A DNA stretch of 62,949 bases, counting the filler, from Chiloscyllium plagiosum (Eukaryota): assembly GCF_004010195.1 (NCBI RefSeq). It is 4 parts of one record of this genome, joined end to end, with 100 filler letters (N's around TTAATTAATTAA, not from the genome) between each part and the next. Parts side by side here need not be neighbours in the genome. Positions count along the whole stretch, not along the records: positions 51,875 to 62,949 come from NC_057715.1; 3 more parts are not named here. One strand, written 5' to 3'. The notes under the pieces are model-generated. The model was given only the letters and a program-made list of their open reading frames with translations, was not told the origin of the DNA and searched no databases. A program made the position numbers and the translations under genes. Shown in pieces: positions 62,515-62,949 of this stretch (positions within the stretch are counted from its first letter, which is position 1; every line of letters starts with the position of its first letter).

Positions 62515-62949
62515 GACCCAGTACAAGACCCAGTACAACCCATGGACAAAATCAACGTCAGCTACAAAATTCCATGCAAGGACTGCCACAAACACTACGT
62601 AGGACAAACAGGAAGAAAGTTAGCCACCAGGATACACGAACACCAGCTAGCCACAAAAAGACACGACCCTCTCTCTCTCGTAGCCCTGCACACGGATGAA
62701 AAAAAACACCATTTTGACTGGGACAACACATCTATCCTGGGACAGGCTAAGCAAAGACATGCCAGAGAATTCCTAGAGGCCTGGCACTCCAACCACAACG
62801 CCATAAACAAACACATAGATCTAGATACCACCTATCAACCCCTCAGAAAACGAATAGGAAATGACATCACCACAAACCCCAGAAACCCCATCCAGGACAA
62901 ACATATAAATAGAAAGCAGGAGACAACAGCTTCACTTCACTTGGAGGTC
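62515..62949 (+). mobile_element. Penelope-like element GIY-YIG and 3' region (truncated by window end)
   Basis: YKIPCKDCHKHYVGQTGRKLATRIHEHQLATKRHDPLS...REFLEAWHS on the plus strand. Confidence 0.9.

Overview
Repeat-rich vertebrate genomic DNA, most likely from a shark or other elasmobranch (inferred from HE1-like V-SINEs, CR1/HER1-like LINEs and abundant Penelope-like elements, PLEs). Two host genes can be read directly. (1) Three consecutive internal coding exons of UVRAG lie on the minus strand (26571-26655, 9588-9675, 8600-8660); they have canonical AG/GT ends and splice in frame. (2) The first coding exon of a MOGAT2-like acyltransferase lies on the plus strand (59276-59369), with a candidate upstream promoter and non-coding exon at about 41.5-42.2 kb. 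The two genes face away from each other and I found no earlier UVRAG exons between them. This points to a mis-oriented scaffold join (three gaps carry an artificial N44-TTAATTAATTAA-N44 linker) or, less likely, a nested gene. The rest is a nested mosaic of CR1, L2 and Rex1-like LINEs, SINEs, a solo LTR, a Gmr1-like Gypsy gag relic and at least three PLE families whose terminal repeats carry minimal hammerhead ribozyme cores (CUGANGA...GAAA-N-UH). The most notable non-genic signal is a family of about 200-bp palindromic, ORF-less, hammerhead-bearing PLE derivatives flanked by 12-15-bp target-site duplications. Nearly all ORF-track entries are retroelement fragments or noise. Repeat boundaries are approximate and family names come from recalled motifs, not database searches.
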